This document shows positions 41,755 through 51,176 of a DNA stretch of 64,000 bases, one piece after another. The stretch's first letter is position 1, and each line of letters begins with the position of its first letter. This DNA is from Candidatus Bathyarchaeota archaeon (GTDB lineage: Archaea; Thermoproteota; CALKCG01; B24; DRYS01). The position numbers and the translations under genes were made by a program. The stretch spans positions 598 to 64,597 of the forward strand of contig JAGTQC010000007.1 in assembly GCA_018396535.1 (NCBI GenBank), read 5' to 3'. The notes beneath the pieces are model-generated. The model did not search any database. It was not told where the DNA came from and was given only the letters and a program-made list of their open reading frames with translations.

Positions 41755-42869
41755 GGCTTTAAGCCTCCATTATCTGTTAAAGCCCAATATTCTCCATGCT
41801 GAAGTAGGAGGAAGTTTAATTCTTCAGATGTAAGCTCCCCCCTCTTAACTAGTTCTACAGCTTTAGCGAAGAAATTTAGAGTATGGATGTTAGAGAATGG
41901 TTTACTTATCCTCGTATACCTATCAGCTTCATGTATAGGGTATGGTATACCCATAACGTTTGCAGATGCTATTATAAGCGAGATAGCTTCCTCGAATCTA
42001 TCTAGGTTGAAGCTTGGAATCTCTATCCTGAAGGGTATTATCCAAGTTTTAACATAACTACTATAGATCTCCGCCATACATACATCTATACTAAGATCTC
42101 TAGCTATTCTAGCATACGATTCTGAGACTTTATTTCTTATAGGGAACGGCTCGGTATAATCGCCTTCATTCATTATCAGGCTTAGGAAAGTTACATCTCT
42201 AAACTTATCATAGCCTAGAAGACTACCATAATAATTCATACAGCTACGTTTAACAAAACCTAAAACTAGGATATCGTTCTCCATACATACTCTGAGTAAT
42301 TCTAAAGCTTGCATAACAGTATATGTGAAATCGTATCTGTAATCGCTAGAATCGGAATTGTTGGGATGAAGTCTAGGATTCAATACTATACCTCCATCTA
42401 TTATTAAGTAATTCGGTCTCCAGAGTTCTACAGCTCTTCTTGCTGCATAATACTCTAAAGCCATATGGAGGAGATTCTCTCTCCTCTCAGGTTCATCATC
42501 GACAGCCCATATATCTGGTGGGCCTGCTATACAGAGAGGCTCGCCTTTAAGCTCCATACCCTCGAATAATACGGCTACAGCATTGTATATTGGTACGTAT
42601 GCGAATCTGAAATGTACACCGTTATGTCCAGCATCGACTCCGACTATACGTTTAGAAGCTAGAAGACCTTTATCCACTAGGCAATTCTTAATTCTTATAA
42701 AGTTCTTCAAACTCTCAGCTACATGCCTACACTCCTTTACATATCCTCTAAACCTTTCTATGAGAAGATCGGTACCCTTTTCTATCATATCCTGGTATAG
42801 TTCAGAGTAGACTAGTTCATGATCCATATTATAGATGGATCTTATACGTAGGTTATTGTTGGTTAACAT
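41751..42869 (-). CDS. nurA: NurA-family 5'-3' nuclease
   Basis: 372 aa. NurA-like aspartate motifs IVGVDAGHNG and YLIIDGGIVLN. Lies immediately upstream of herA with a 4-nt overlap, the usual nurA-herA translational coupling. Confidence 0.6.
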   Translation of the reverse strand: MLTNNNLRIRSIYNMDHELVYSELYQDMIEKGTDLLIERFRGYVKECRHVAESLKNFIRIKNCLVDKGLLASKRIVGVDAGHNGVHFRFAYVPIYNAVAVLFEGMELKGEPLCIAGPPDIWAVDDEPERRENLLHMALEYYAARRAVELWRPNYLIIDGGIVLNPRLHPNNSDSSDYRYDFTYTVMQALELLRVCMENDILVLGFVKRSCMNYYGSLLGYDKFRDVTFLSLIMNEGDYTEPFPIRNKVSESYARIARDLSIDVCMAEIYSSYVKTWIIPFRIEIPSFNLDRFEEAISLIIASANVMGIPYPIHEADRYTRISKPFSNIHTLNFFAKAVELVKRGELTSEELNFLLLQHGEYWALTDNGGLKP

Positions 42870-42925
42870 TTTTAAACACCAAATACACTTATCTATATTA
42901 GATATAGGTTAGAGGAGACTTATAA

Positions 42926-43372
42926 ATGTTGTTGAATGCTCAACAATCAAAAAACGAGGTGAGGGATGGATATAAAAAGGATGAGAGGGTACATATTCGT
43001 TTGAAATTTGGGGATCTTGAGGTTGATGTTGAATGTAGACAAGAACAACTCAAAGATGTTATAGATACATTTTTATCAAGTCTAAGAGAGAAGGGTATAC
43101 CTACCATACCTTCTACGACAGCAGCTAGAGTCAGCTATATTGGAGGTGAACCTAAAACTTGTCGTGACGTTATATTGAATCTATGGAGGAACGGATGGTT
43201 TTCAGTAGGTAGGAGTCTCTCAGAAGTAGATGAGGAGATGTCTAGGATGGGATATCACTACAATAGGAGTGCTATAGCTCATAGTTTAGCAGATCTAGTT
43301 AGGGAGGGAATCCTAGCTAGAGAAGGTAGGAAGGGCAGTTATAGATACCTACAGAAGAGACCGCCTATCTAG
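42926..43372 (+). CDS. small winged-helix DNA-binding protein, paralogue family member 1
   Basis: 148 aa. N-terminal beta-rich module with an FGDLEVDVE motif and a C-terminal wHTH (SAIAHSLADLVREGILAREGRKGSYRYL). Same architecture as the proteins at 44206 and 44729. Confidence 0.45.
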   Translation: MLLNAQQSKNEVRDGYKKDERVHIRLKFGDLEVDVECRQEQLKDVIDTFLSSLREKGIPTIPSTTAARVSYIGGEPKTCRDVILNLWRNGWFSVGRSLSEVDEEMSRMGYHYNRSAIAHSLADLVREGILAREGRKGSYRYLQKRPPI

Positions 43373-43394
43373 TATCTTACTCACCCCTATAACG

Positions 43395-44078
43395 CTAATC
43401 CTCTACTTTGGATAATCCTAGTATATGTGCTATCTTATCGAAGAGTAGGGATAGCTTCTCTACATCCGTATTTTCATCTATAGTAAATACCAGTTGTAAC
43501 TGTAGGTTAATACCGATTCTCGTCGACGGCTCCTTCATGGTGTATTCCCTTCTCGATCTCCTAACCTCCTTAACCTGCTCTACAGATCTAGGCCTCTCCT
43601 CAGTCTTCTCCCACTCGAATGCATAGCTGAGCATATCTAGGAAACTTTGTACGCCTACTAAATCGACTTTAGCATCTCCAACCATCAAGGGTATTTCGGT
43701 CATCAATTTACGTCGATCAAACCCTTCTGTTTCAATCTTCATAGCTATATCCTTAATGACTTCGTTCTTGATAAGTAAGTCTTGGAGAGCTTTCCTAGCT
43801 ATATCAGAGTTTGGGTCTATCCTATAGGCTGCTACAAACTTGATAGCATCTTCTGCTAGCTTATACTTCTTTGGTGTATCTTTAGATTCTTCTAGAAAAC
43901 CCCATGACTTGAAGAATGCATTATTACGACTTATATTTTTCTCATCTACATCAGCTTTCTCCGCTACATCTTTAACAGAGATATAGTCTTTATCAGCTCC
44001 AGCGTTTAGGTAGCTTACAAGTATTTGGCAAAGCTTCTCCCAGCTTAATCTACGTGGTAATTTAAGCTCTTGCATCAA
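43395..44078 (-). CDS. hypothetical protein with an N-terminal wHTH-like module
   Basis: 227 aa. The N-terminus ISVKDVAEKADVDEKNISRNNAFFKSWGFLEE resembles a winged helix. The C-terminal half is unknown. Confidence 0.4.
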   Translation of the reverse strand: MMQELKLPRRLSWEKLCQILVSYLNAGADKDYISVKDVAEKADVDEKNISRNNAFFKSWGFLEESKDTPKKYKLAEDAIKFVAAYRIDPNSDIARKALQDLLIKNEVIKDIAMKIETEGFDRRKLMTEIPLMVGDAKVDLVGVQSFLDMLSYAFEWEKTEERPRSVEQVKEVRRSRREYTMKEPSTRIGINLQLQLVFTIDENTDVEKLSLLFDKIAHILGLSKVED

Positions 44079-44205
44079 CCCATAATCTAGAAGAAGGGTT
44101 AGTTACATGTAAACGTTTCGTGATAGAGAGTAACGCGATGCTATACGGTTTCTCGCTAATCTTAAAAGGGATCATAATATTATAGTCAATTAAGGGGTTA
44201 TATCT

Positions 44206-44739
44206 ATGCCGCAGTACGAGTATGAATCAGAATACAGCGATGAGATAGAGGTTATAGTTAGGAAGGGTGATCTACATATCGAATTTAGAGGATCTACAGA
44301 TAGCGTCATCAGGAGTCTCCTTAAATTCATAAGTGAGATACATCCCACTTGGTTTTTAGCTTCGAAGCTAGCGTTAAAGCTAGATTTAGTAGAGGTATTC
44401 GAGAAAGCATCAGGTGTGATAGCTGTAGGCCCGGAAGGACCTATGATAGTAGTCGATAGGGGTAAGCTGACAGATGTGGAGTTGATATGGTTATCTCTAG
44501 CTAAGGCTTGGATAGCATATCATATAGGCTTAACTGAAGATTATACTGTAACGAGTAGAGATATACAGAGGGAGACGGGGATTAAGCCAGGTACGATATC
44601 AGCTCGTTTAAGCGAGTTATCGAGTCAAGGATATCTCGATAAGCCTAGGAGAGGAGTTTACAAGCTTACATCTCTAGGAGTAAAAAGACTTATCGAAGAT
44701 ATAATACCTGAGATTAAAGGTAAGATAGGTGTTGAGTGA
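44206..44739 (+). CDS. small winged-helix DNA-binding protein, paralogue family member 2
   Basis: 177 aa. GDLHIEFRGSTDSVIRSLLKFISEIHP N-module and C-terminal wHTH (TISARLSELSSQGYLDKPRRGVYKLTSLG). A clear paralogue of the next gene. Confidence 0.45.
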   Translation: MPQYEYESEYSDEIEVIVRKGDLHIEFRGSTDSVIRSLLKFISEIHPTWFLASKLALKLDLVEVFEKASGVIAVGPEGPMIVVDRGKLTDVELIWLSLAKAWIAYHIGLTEDYTVTSRDIQRETGIKPGTISARLSELSSQGYLDKPRRGVYKLTSLGVKRLIEDIIPEIKGKIGVE

Positions 44740-45220
44740 GGATAAGCTATACGTACATATAGAGTATGGGGATCTAAAAGCTGATTTCATAGGGTCAGCT
44801 GATGAAGTATTGAGATCTATAGTAAAGTTCCTATCGAAGATTCTGCCTAGCTTGAAGATAGTAGAGGAGCTTATCTATAAGCCTAGTTTAGGAGAGCTAG
44901 CTGAAGCTCTTAAGGGCATCGTTAAGATAAGCGATGAAGTACCGATACTATGCTCTCAAACAAACTTCGCGACATACGACTTAATCCTAGTAGGCTTAGC
45001 AGCTAAGTATCTGGCATCTCATATAGGTTTATCTGAGGATGAGAGTATGGATGCTAGAGAATTATCGGTATTCACGAATAAATCTGAGAAGACTATTAGG
45101 AATATCTTACCGAAGCTCTTAGATAGAGGGCTAGCTAAGAGGACGGAGAAGGGTAGGTATGCGATCACGGTATCAGGGCTTAGGAGAGTTGAAGAGTTAT
45201 TAGCAAGCAAGACTAGCTAG
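44729..45220 (+). CDS. small winged-helix DNA-binding protein, paralogue family member 3
   Basis: 163 aa. GDLKADFIGSADEVLRSIVKFLSKILPS N-module and C-terminal wHTH (TIRNILPKLLDRGLAKRTEKGRYAITVSG). Overlaps the previous gene by 11 nt, so this is a tandem duplication. Confidence 0.45.
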   Translation: MLSEDKLYVHIEYGDLKADFIGSADEVLRSIVKFLSKILPSLKIVEELIYKPSLGELAEALKGIVKISDEVPILCSQTNFATYDLILVGLAAKYLASHIGLSEDESMDARELSVFTNKSEKTIRNILPKLLDRGLAKRTEKGRYAITVSGLRRVEELLASKTS

Positions 45221-45226
45221 AAAAAT

Positions 45227-47206
45227 CTACATCCTCTCTAACGGTCTTATGCCTAGTATCCTGAGTGCAGAACCTAATGTAGATTTAAACGCGTATACAA
45301 GTTTTAACCTAGCTATCTTCAATTCTAGAGGTTCAGCTTTAAGTACTGGAAGCTTATCGTAGAATGAGTTAAATTTCATAGCTAACTCATTAGCATACTC
45401 TGCAACTATATGTACGGCTAGGTTTTCTGAAGAGTACCATATGATCTCAGGATACTTAGAGATATGTATTAGTAGATCCTCCTCTAACCTATCGTTTAGT
45501 ATGGTTGGATCGAAATCTGCATAGATATAATCTACATCAGCCTTAGATAATATACTAGATGATCTAGCGTATGCATACTGTAGGAATGGACCGCTATTCA
45601 TCTCGAAGTTTAAAACCTTATCCCAACTAAACACTATATCCCTTTCAGGTGATACGCTAATTAATGCATACTTAACAGCTCCTACAGCTATAGCTTCAGC
45701 TATCCTCTCAGCCTCCCTAGGATCGATATTAGGCGAACGTTTCCTAACCTCTGTTAAAGCTCTAACTCTAGCTTCATCCAAGACATCATCTAACGTTACT
45801 ATACGTCCCCTCCTACTAGACATTCTATAACCTGGAAGCTTTACGAGACCGTAGAATAGAGGTTTATACCTATCTAAAACCCTATCTACGCCTAGAGCTG
45901 AGAGAGTTATCATAAGCTGTATTTGAGGTAGCTTCTGATCCATACCTATTACGGTTATCGATAAATCGTACTGCTTAAGCTTACGGAAGGCATAAGCTAT
46001 ATCTCTCGTAGTGTATAGTGTCGTACCATCAGCTCTTGTAAGGGTTAGTGAAGGTAACTCTAATCCTATATCTATACGTTCCTCTAATCCTAGATCCCTA
46101 GCTGCTTCAGCTACATCGAATATTAAAGCCCCCTCCTCTAACCTACAGTATGACGTAGATTTCAACATCGATAGTATCCTATCCACTTCACCGCTCCATA
46201 CAATATCACTCTCCCAATCCCATGAATCAAAATCCACATCTACACGCGATAAAGTCTCTTTAAACCCTTCTAAACATAGTGTTACAACCTCCCTAACGAT
46301 TCCAACTATATCCTCATCTAAACGCTTCTCGTATAACCTGTTTATCTCAGCTATCCTCCCCTCCGGATCTTTATCCGACTCGATAGATTCTAGAAGTCTA
46401 TCAAAGAGCTTCTCATTTCTACTCCTAAGCTCCGCTGCTATAGCTACCCATTCATCTAATCGCGATGAGATCTTCATATACTCATCTTCGGATTGCTTAG
46501 ATCTACACGACTCTAGCTCAGATTTAAGACGTCTAATCTCTAGTATACATGATATCGAAGCATATATGTAGCCTAAGAAGCTATCAGGCTTCTCTTCGAA
46601 TCTAGGTTTACCTAGAAGATTGTAGCCGTAGGCTAGTATCGATACCTGCCTACCTACATCATCTATGTAGAAGTGTCTATGGACATCATAACCTCTAGCC
46701 TCTAGTAGTGCTGCGATAGAATCACCTAGGAAGCTATTCCTAGCATGACCTATACCTATGGGGTGTATAGGATTCACACTCGTATGCTCTACTATAACTC
46801 TTAGCCTCCTATCCGATTCTAATCGACCCCACTCCACACCTAGAGCTTGTATAGATGATATGAGGAGTTTGAAGAAGCTAGGTTTATCTAGGTAGAAGTT
46901 GAGGTAGCCTGGGCTAGCTACATCTACTTTAGCGATAAACCTTCTATCAGCTGTATCTATTCTAGATTTCACTTCTAAAGCTAGATCTTGTGGGTTTAAG
47001 CCGGTTTTTCTAGCTAGCATCATACATATAGGAGTGGATAACTCACCGTATATGTGGGATGGTGGGGATTCGAATACTATATCAGTAGGCTTTATATCGA
47101 AACCTGATAGTGACTGGTATACTAGGTATCTACATTCATCTTCGAATAGCTTCCACGGTCTTCTCGAAACCTCTATGATTCCATACCCCCTCCTTCGATC
47201 ATCCAC
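45227..47206 (-). CDS. argS: arginyl-tRNA synthetase
   Basis: 659 aa. Class I HIGH-type motif (PIHPIGIGHARN) and the C-terminal DALR anticodon-binding helical domain. Confidence 0.9.
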   Translation of the reverse strand: MDDRRRGYGIIEVSRRPWKLFEDECRYLVYQSLSGFDIKPTDIVFESPPSHIYGELSTPICMMLARKTGLNPQDLALEVKSRIDTADRRFIAKVDVASPGYLNFYLDKPSFFKLLISSIQALGVEWGRLESDRRLRVIVEHTSVNPIHPIGIGHARNSFLGDSIAALLEARGYDVHRHFYIDDVGRQVSILAYGYNLLGKPRFEEKPDSFLGYIYASISCILEIRRLKSELESCRSKQSEDEYMKISSRLDEWVAIAAELRSRNEKLFDRLLESIESDKDPEGRIAEINRLYEKRLDEDIVGIVREVVTLCLEGFKETLSRVDVDFDSWDWESDIVWSGEVDRILSMLKSTSYCRLEEGALIFDVAEAARDLGLEERIDIGLELPSLTLTRADGTTLYTTRDIAYAFRKLKQYDLSITVIGMDQKLPQIQLMITLSALGVDRVLDRYKPLFYGLVKLPGYRMSSRRGRIVTLDDVLDEARVRALTEVRKRSPNIDPREAERIAEAIAVGAVKYALISVSPERDIVFSWDKVLNFEMNSGPFLQYAYARSSSILSKADVDYIYADFDPTILNDRLEEDLLIHISKYPEIIWYSSENLAVHIVAEYANELAMKFNSFYDKLPVLKAEPLELKIARLKLVYAFKSTLGSALRILGIRPLERM

Positions 47207-47293
47207 TAATCATCATGATATCTAGGTAGATCGTTTATTTAGGGCTAGCTTAATAATTTATAAGGCTTTACACTCCTACTACGTGTTATAGTT

Positions 47294-48667
47294 TTGTCAG
47301 GAATACTTACTCATCACCCTAAGGATATACCTGAACGCTTAAGATCTGGAGGCTTTAAGATAGCTGTAGTCGGGTATGGGGGTTCAGAGACCCCGTTAGC
47401 ATATGCTTATGGTAGGATAGGTGCTCACGTATCTATAGTCGATATAGACGTATGCTCTACCGAAATGTTCATCAAGATGATAGCTGGAAGTAGGTATGCC
47501 CTAGCTATTTCTAGACTAGTGAGGAGCGGAGGATTACGTATAGCTTCTAATAGAATCGAAGCTATAGCTGAAGCGGATATAATAGATATATTCGCACCAG
47601 TAGCGCTCTCTGGATTAGGTAGGCCAGATTACTCTATACTCCATAGGCTATCTGAGGAGGTTGGTAGAGGGCTTAGCGAGGGGAAGCTAGTTATCTCTAG
47701 TACGATTACACCTCCAGGTATAACAGAGGATGTTATAGCAGATGTACTCGAGAAATCTTCAGGATTAAAGGCTGGCTATAACTTCGGTCTAGCTTATAGC
47801 CCCTACGAACCCCTACAGGTGGAGAAGAGTGATTCTACTATTAAGATTCTAGCAGCTACGGATAAAAGGAGTCTAGATATCGCTGAAGCTATAGTAGACA
47901 CAGTATACGGTTGTAGAATTCTGAAAGTAGATGGTATAAGATGCGCCGAAGCTATAAAGCTGTTCGATATAGCTTCGAAATACATACTCTACGCTTTTAC
48001 ATACGAGCTTCTAAGAGTCTGTGATAAGATTGGTTTAGATCGTAGTTCTCTAAACTATACTATGGAGAGTATATATCCATACCTATATCAGCTTCTACCT
48101 GTTTGGATGCATTTCTCAGATAACGCGAAGCTTCTTATGGATCTATGTGAAACCTATAAGCTTAAACCTAGGATACTATACGCAGCTTTAAAAGTAGGTG
48201 AGGATATCCCTGGGATATACATATCTATGATTAGGGAAGCTGCTAAACGTATAGATAAACCTCTTAGGAGATGTAGAGTTTCGTTGATAGGATTACCTGG
48301 TAAAGCATGTATAGGATATAGTGTAGATAATCCTCTACTTACTATCCTAGCTTCAAGACTTAGGAGGATGGGTGTTTCAGTAAAGATTTTCGATCCATAT
48401 GGATCTGGAGGGGGGCTTGATAAACTCGGAGTCAAGGTATCTAGGAGGATAGAGGAGTGTTTAGAGGATACCGATATAATACTTATACTACCTGAATCTA
48501 GATCTATGAAAACAGCTATCACGAGGAAGCTTGGTATAGCTAAAGCTTTAACTCAGACAACCCCGGTTATAATAGATCTAGCTGGGGTTATAGATAGAAT
48601 CGAAGCATCTAAACTAGGCTTCATATATCTGGGATTAGATGGTGCTCCATCTTGGGAGATAGGTTGA
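47294..48667 (+). CDS. nucleotide-sugar dehydrogenase-like protein (UDP-glucose/GDP-mannose dehydrogenase family, divergent)
   Basis: 457 aa. N-terminal Rossmann-like KIAVVGYGGSETPLAYA and a C-terminal RVSLIGLPGKAC…KIFDPY region resembling the UDPG-DH C-terminal domain. Motifs are degenerate. Confidence 0.4.
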   Translation: MSGILTHHPKDIPERLRSGGFKIAVVGYGGSETPLAYAYGRIGAHVSIVDIDVCSTEMFIKMIAGSRYALAISRLVRSGGLRIASNRIEAIAEADIIDIFAPVALSGLGRPDYSILHRLSEEVGRGLSEGKLVISSTITPPGITEDVIADVLEKSSGLKAGYNFGLAYSPYEPLQVEKSDSTIKILAATDKRSLDIAEAIVDTVYGCRILKVDGIRCAEAIKLFDIASKYILYAFTYELLRVCDKIGLDRSSLNYTMESIYPYLYQLLPVWMHFSDNAKLLMDLCETYKLKPRILYAALKVGEDIPGIYISMIREAAKRIDKPLRRCRVSLIGLPGKACIGYSVDNPLLTILASRLRRMGVSVKIFDPYGSGGGLDKLGVKVSRRIEECLEDTDIILILPESRSMKTAITRKLGIAKALTQTTPVIIDLAGVIDRIEASKLGFIYLGLDGAPSWEIG

Positions 48668-49605
48668 AGGTTGCTCTCATAGGATGTGGATCTTGGGGTA
48701 GTAATCATGCTAGAGTATACTTTGAACTCGATGATTTATGCGAGCTTACAGCCGTATGCGATATAGATAAGATTAGGGCTGAGAGGATAGCTAGAAAATA
48801 TGGTTGTAAAGCTTATACGGATTATAAGGAGCTTATAAGTGAATGCAGACCTGAAGCTGTAAGTATATGCACACCTTCATCTACACATTTCGAGATAGCG
48901 TATGATATAGTTAGGAAGGGTATAGATACGTTAGTCGAAAAGCCTATGTGTACATCCGTAGGCGATGCTTTAAAACTTGTATCAGAAGCTGAACGTATGG
49001 GTGTGGTATTGATGCCTGGACATATAGAGTGCTTTAACCCTGGAGTTAGAAGGATTAAATCGATGATAGATGAGGGGAGGCTAGGTGATATACTCATGAT
49101 TACAGCTAAGAGAGTTTCATACTGGCCTGAAAGGGTAGGGGATGTAGGGATAGTTATGGATACAGTGATACATGATGTATACGTATTTAGATACCTATTA
49201 TCGGAGAATCCATATGAAGTCTACGCTTTAGCAGGTAGACTTATGCATAGATTCGAGGATTATGTAGGAGTAATCCTAAGATATGGGGAATCGATAATAG
49301 GCTTTATAGAAGCTAACTGGATGACACCTAGAAAAGTTAGAAATCTAACTATAACAGGTAGTAATGCTATAGTCTCTCTAGACTATCTAACACAAGAGAT
49401 AGTATACGAGAATAGAGACTCCATAGTTACACCTATAGCTAGATGGGATGAACCCCTAAAGATAGAGCTTAGACATTTCATAGAAGCATCGCTAGGTAAA
49501 TGTAAGCTAGAGGTAACAGGATACGATGGGTTAGAAGCTTTAAAGATCTGCGAAGCTATACTAGAATCTAGTAGGATGCGGAAGCCTATAAGATTCGAAG
49601 GGTGA
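48652..49605 (+). CDS. Gfo/Idh/MocA family oxidoreductase
   Basis: 317 aa. N-terminal KVALIGCGSWG Rossmann, EKP motif, family C-terminal domain. Overlaps the previous gene by 16 nt. Confidence 0.75.
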   Translation: MGDRLKVALIGCGSWGSNHARVYFELDDLCELTAVCDIDKIRAERIARKYGCKAYTDYKELISECRPEAVSICTPSSTHFEIAYDIVRKGIDTLVEKPMCTSVGDALKLVSEAERMGVVLMPGHIECFNPGVRRIKSMIDEGRLGDILMITAKRVSYWPERVGDVGIVMDTVIHDVYVFRYLLSENPYEVYALAGRLMHRFEDYVGVILRYGESIIGFIEANWMTPRKVRNLTITGSNAIVSLDYLTQEIVYENRDSIVTPIARWDEPLKIELRHFIEASLGKCKLEVTGYDGLEALKICEAILESSRMRKPIRFEG

Positions 49606-49611
49606 ATATAT

Positions 49612-49887
49612 TTGAAGAGGAGGCTTATGGAATACCTAGCATGCCCAATAGATAAACACCACCCACTAGACTTGATAGTATTCGAAGAGGATGGAGAAGA
49701 GATAAAGGAAGCTATCATAATATGCTGGAAGTGTAGGAGGTACTACCCGGTTAAGGATGGAATACCAGAAATGCTTCCAGATCAGCTTAGAGATAGGAGG
49801 GAGGATACGGCATTCCTAGAGAAATGGAAGGATAGGATACCTAGAGAAATACTCGAAGAGGGAAAGCCATACCCTCTAAAGAAGTAA
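49612..49887 (+). CDS. Trm112-like zinc-ribbon protein (methyltransferase activator)
   Basis: 91 aa. YLACPIDKHHPL…CWKCRRYYPVKDGIPEMLPD matches the Trm112/UPF0434 signature. Confidence 0.65.
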   Translation: MKRRLMEYLACPIDKHHPLDLIVFEEDGEEIKEAIIICWKCRRYYPVKDGIPEMLPDQLRDRREDTAFLEKWKDRIPREILEEGKPYPLKK

Positions 49888-49933
49888 AAGTTTTAGCTTA
49901 GAATCCTAGATAATATATAGGTAAGCTTAGGAA

Positions 49934-50007
49934 AGCCCGGTGGTGCAGCCTGGTAAGCATGGAGGCCTTTGGAGCCTCCGACGGGAGTTCGAATCTCCCC
50001 CGGGCTA
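49934..50007 (+). tRNA. tRNA-Gln (anticodon TTG)
   Basis: Hand-folded cloverleaf. Acceptor AGCCCGG/CCGGGCT with an A1:U72 pair, which is typical of archaeal tRNA-Gln. Anticodon stem GAGGC/GCCTC with loop CTTTGGA, T arm GGGAG-TTCGAAT-CTCCC, discriminator A. No intron. Confidence 0.8.
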
Positions 50008-50225
50008 TCATCAAGTCTCGCTTTAATATCGATTATCTATATGCGATCGCTGGGTGTTTACACCTAAGGTAGAGGAATATTATCGGTATTAGCATGGATA
50101 TCGTAGAATTTATTGTGCTGATCTATTCGAGCAGTCTTTTATATCGTGATCGATTTTCTGATCATTTTTACTCAGAATGTTTATTTCAAATAGCCATACC
50201 GTGATTGTAGTGAGGTGAGAATTAT

Positions 50226-51176
50226 ATGAAGGAGATTGTTTGCGATAGATTATCCAAGGATTATAAGGGTAAGAATACTATTAGAGCTCTAGATAGTGTA
50301 AGCCTTAGTGTTTCGAAGGGTGAATTCTTCGGGTTCCTCGGTCCGAATGGTGCTGGTAAGACTACTCTCGTAAGGATTCTAGTTACTCTTTTAAAGGCTT
50401 CCAGTGGGTATGCTTGGATCGGTGGATACGATGTGGATAGGGAGGAGGAGAAGGTTCGTGAGATAATAGGCTACGCTGGGCAGGATTCTGAGCGTTCAGC
50501 CTATTTTAGACTTACTGTTAGGGAGAATCTCCTCTACTTCGCTCACGCACTTAGGGGTATTCCGAGAGGTATAGCGAAGGAGAGGATAGAGTATATAGCA
50601 TCAGCTATAGGATTCGATAGTAAGCTAGATAGGCATTTCATAGCTTTATCAGGAGGAGAGAAGCAGACGGTGATAGTTATAAGAGCTATAATCCATAATC
50701 CAGAAGTATGCTTCTTAGATGAGCCATCGAAAAGCTTGGATCCGGTAACCGCGCGTAGAGTTAGAAGCTTCTTAAAAGATTATGCTAGAGAGAATGGTAT
50801 TACTATCTGTTTAACAACGCATAATATGCTTGAAGTAGAGGAGGTATGCGATAGGATAGCTTTCATAAATCGTGGTAAGCTCGCTTTTACAGGAACCCCT
50901 ATCGAGTTTAAGAAACAGGCGGTTATGAAGGAGATTATAGAGATAAGTACTAGTAGACTCGAGGATAGCGTAGAGTATAGGCTTCTCAAAGTTCATGGGG
51001 TATCGAATATAGTTTACCATAACAACGTCACTAGATTGTATTGTGAGGATGCATTCAATATACTTCCAGAAATTCTAAGAGTTATGAAGGAAGCTGGGTT
51101 TAAAGCTCCGGTAAGGATTGCCGAGCCTTCACTCGAGGATGCATTCGCATTCTTCGTTAACGGAGGGAGGGAGTGA
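50226..51176 (+). CDS. ABC transporter ATP-binding protein
   Basis: 316 aa. Walker A GPNGAGKTT, ABC signature LSGGEKQ, Walker B CFLDEPS. Confidence 0.85.
   Translation: MKEIVCDRLSKDYKGKNTIRALDSVSLSVSKGEFFGFLGPNGAGKTTLVRILVTLLKASSGYAWIGGYDVDREEEKVREIIGYAGQDSERSAYFRLTVRENLLYFAHALRGIPRGIAKERIEYIASAIGFDSKLDRHFIALSGGEKQTVIVIRAIIHNPEVCFLDEPSKSLDPVTARRVRSFLKDYARENGITICLTTHNMLEVEEVCDRIAFINRGKLAFTGTPIEFKKQAVMKEIIEISTSRLEDSVEYRLLKVHGVSNIVYHNNVTRLYCEDAFNILPEILRVMKEAGFKAPVRIAEPSLEDAFAFFVNGGRE

Noticed and set aside
46011-46571. 186-aa plus-strand ORF
   Set aside because: Antisense to argS, Ser-rich and low-complexity. This is a shadow ORF.
50060-50225. CGTGATCGA…CTGA motif pair downstream of tRNA-Gln as a possible C/D sRNA
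   Set aside because: The box C match is poor, and the spacing and guide regions are not convincing.
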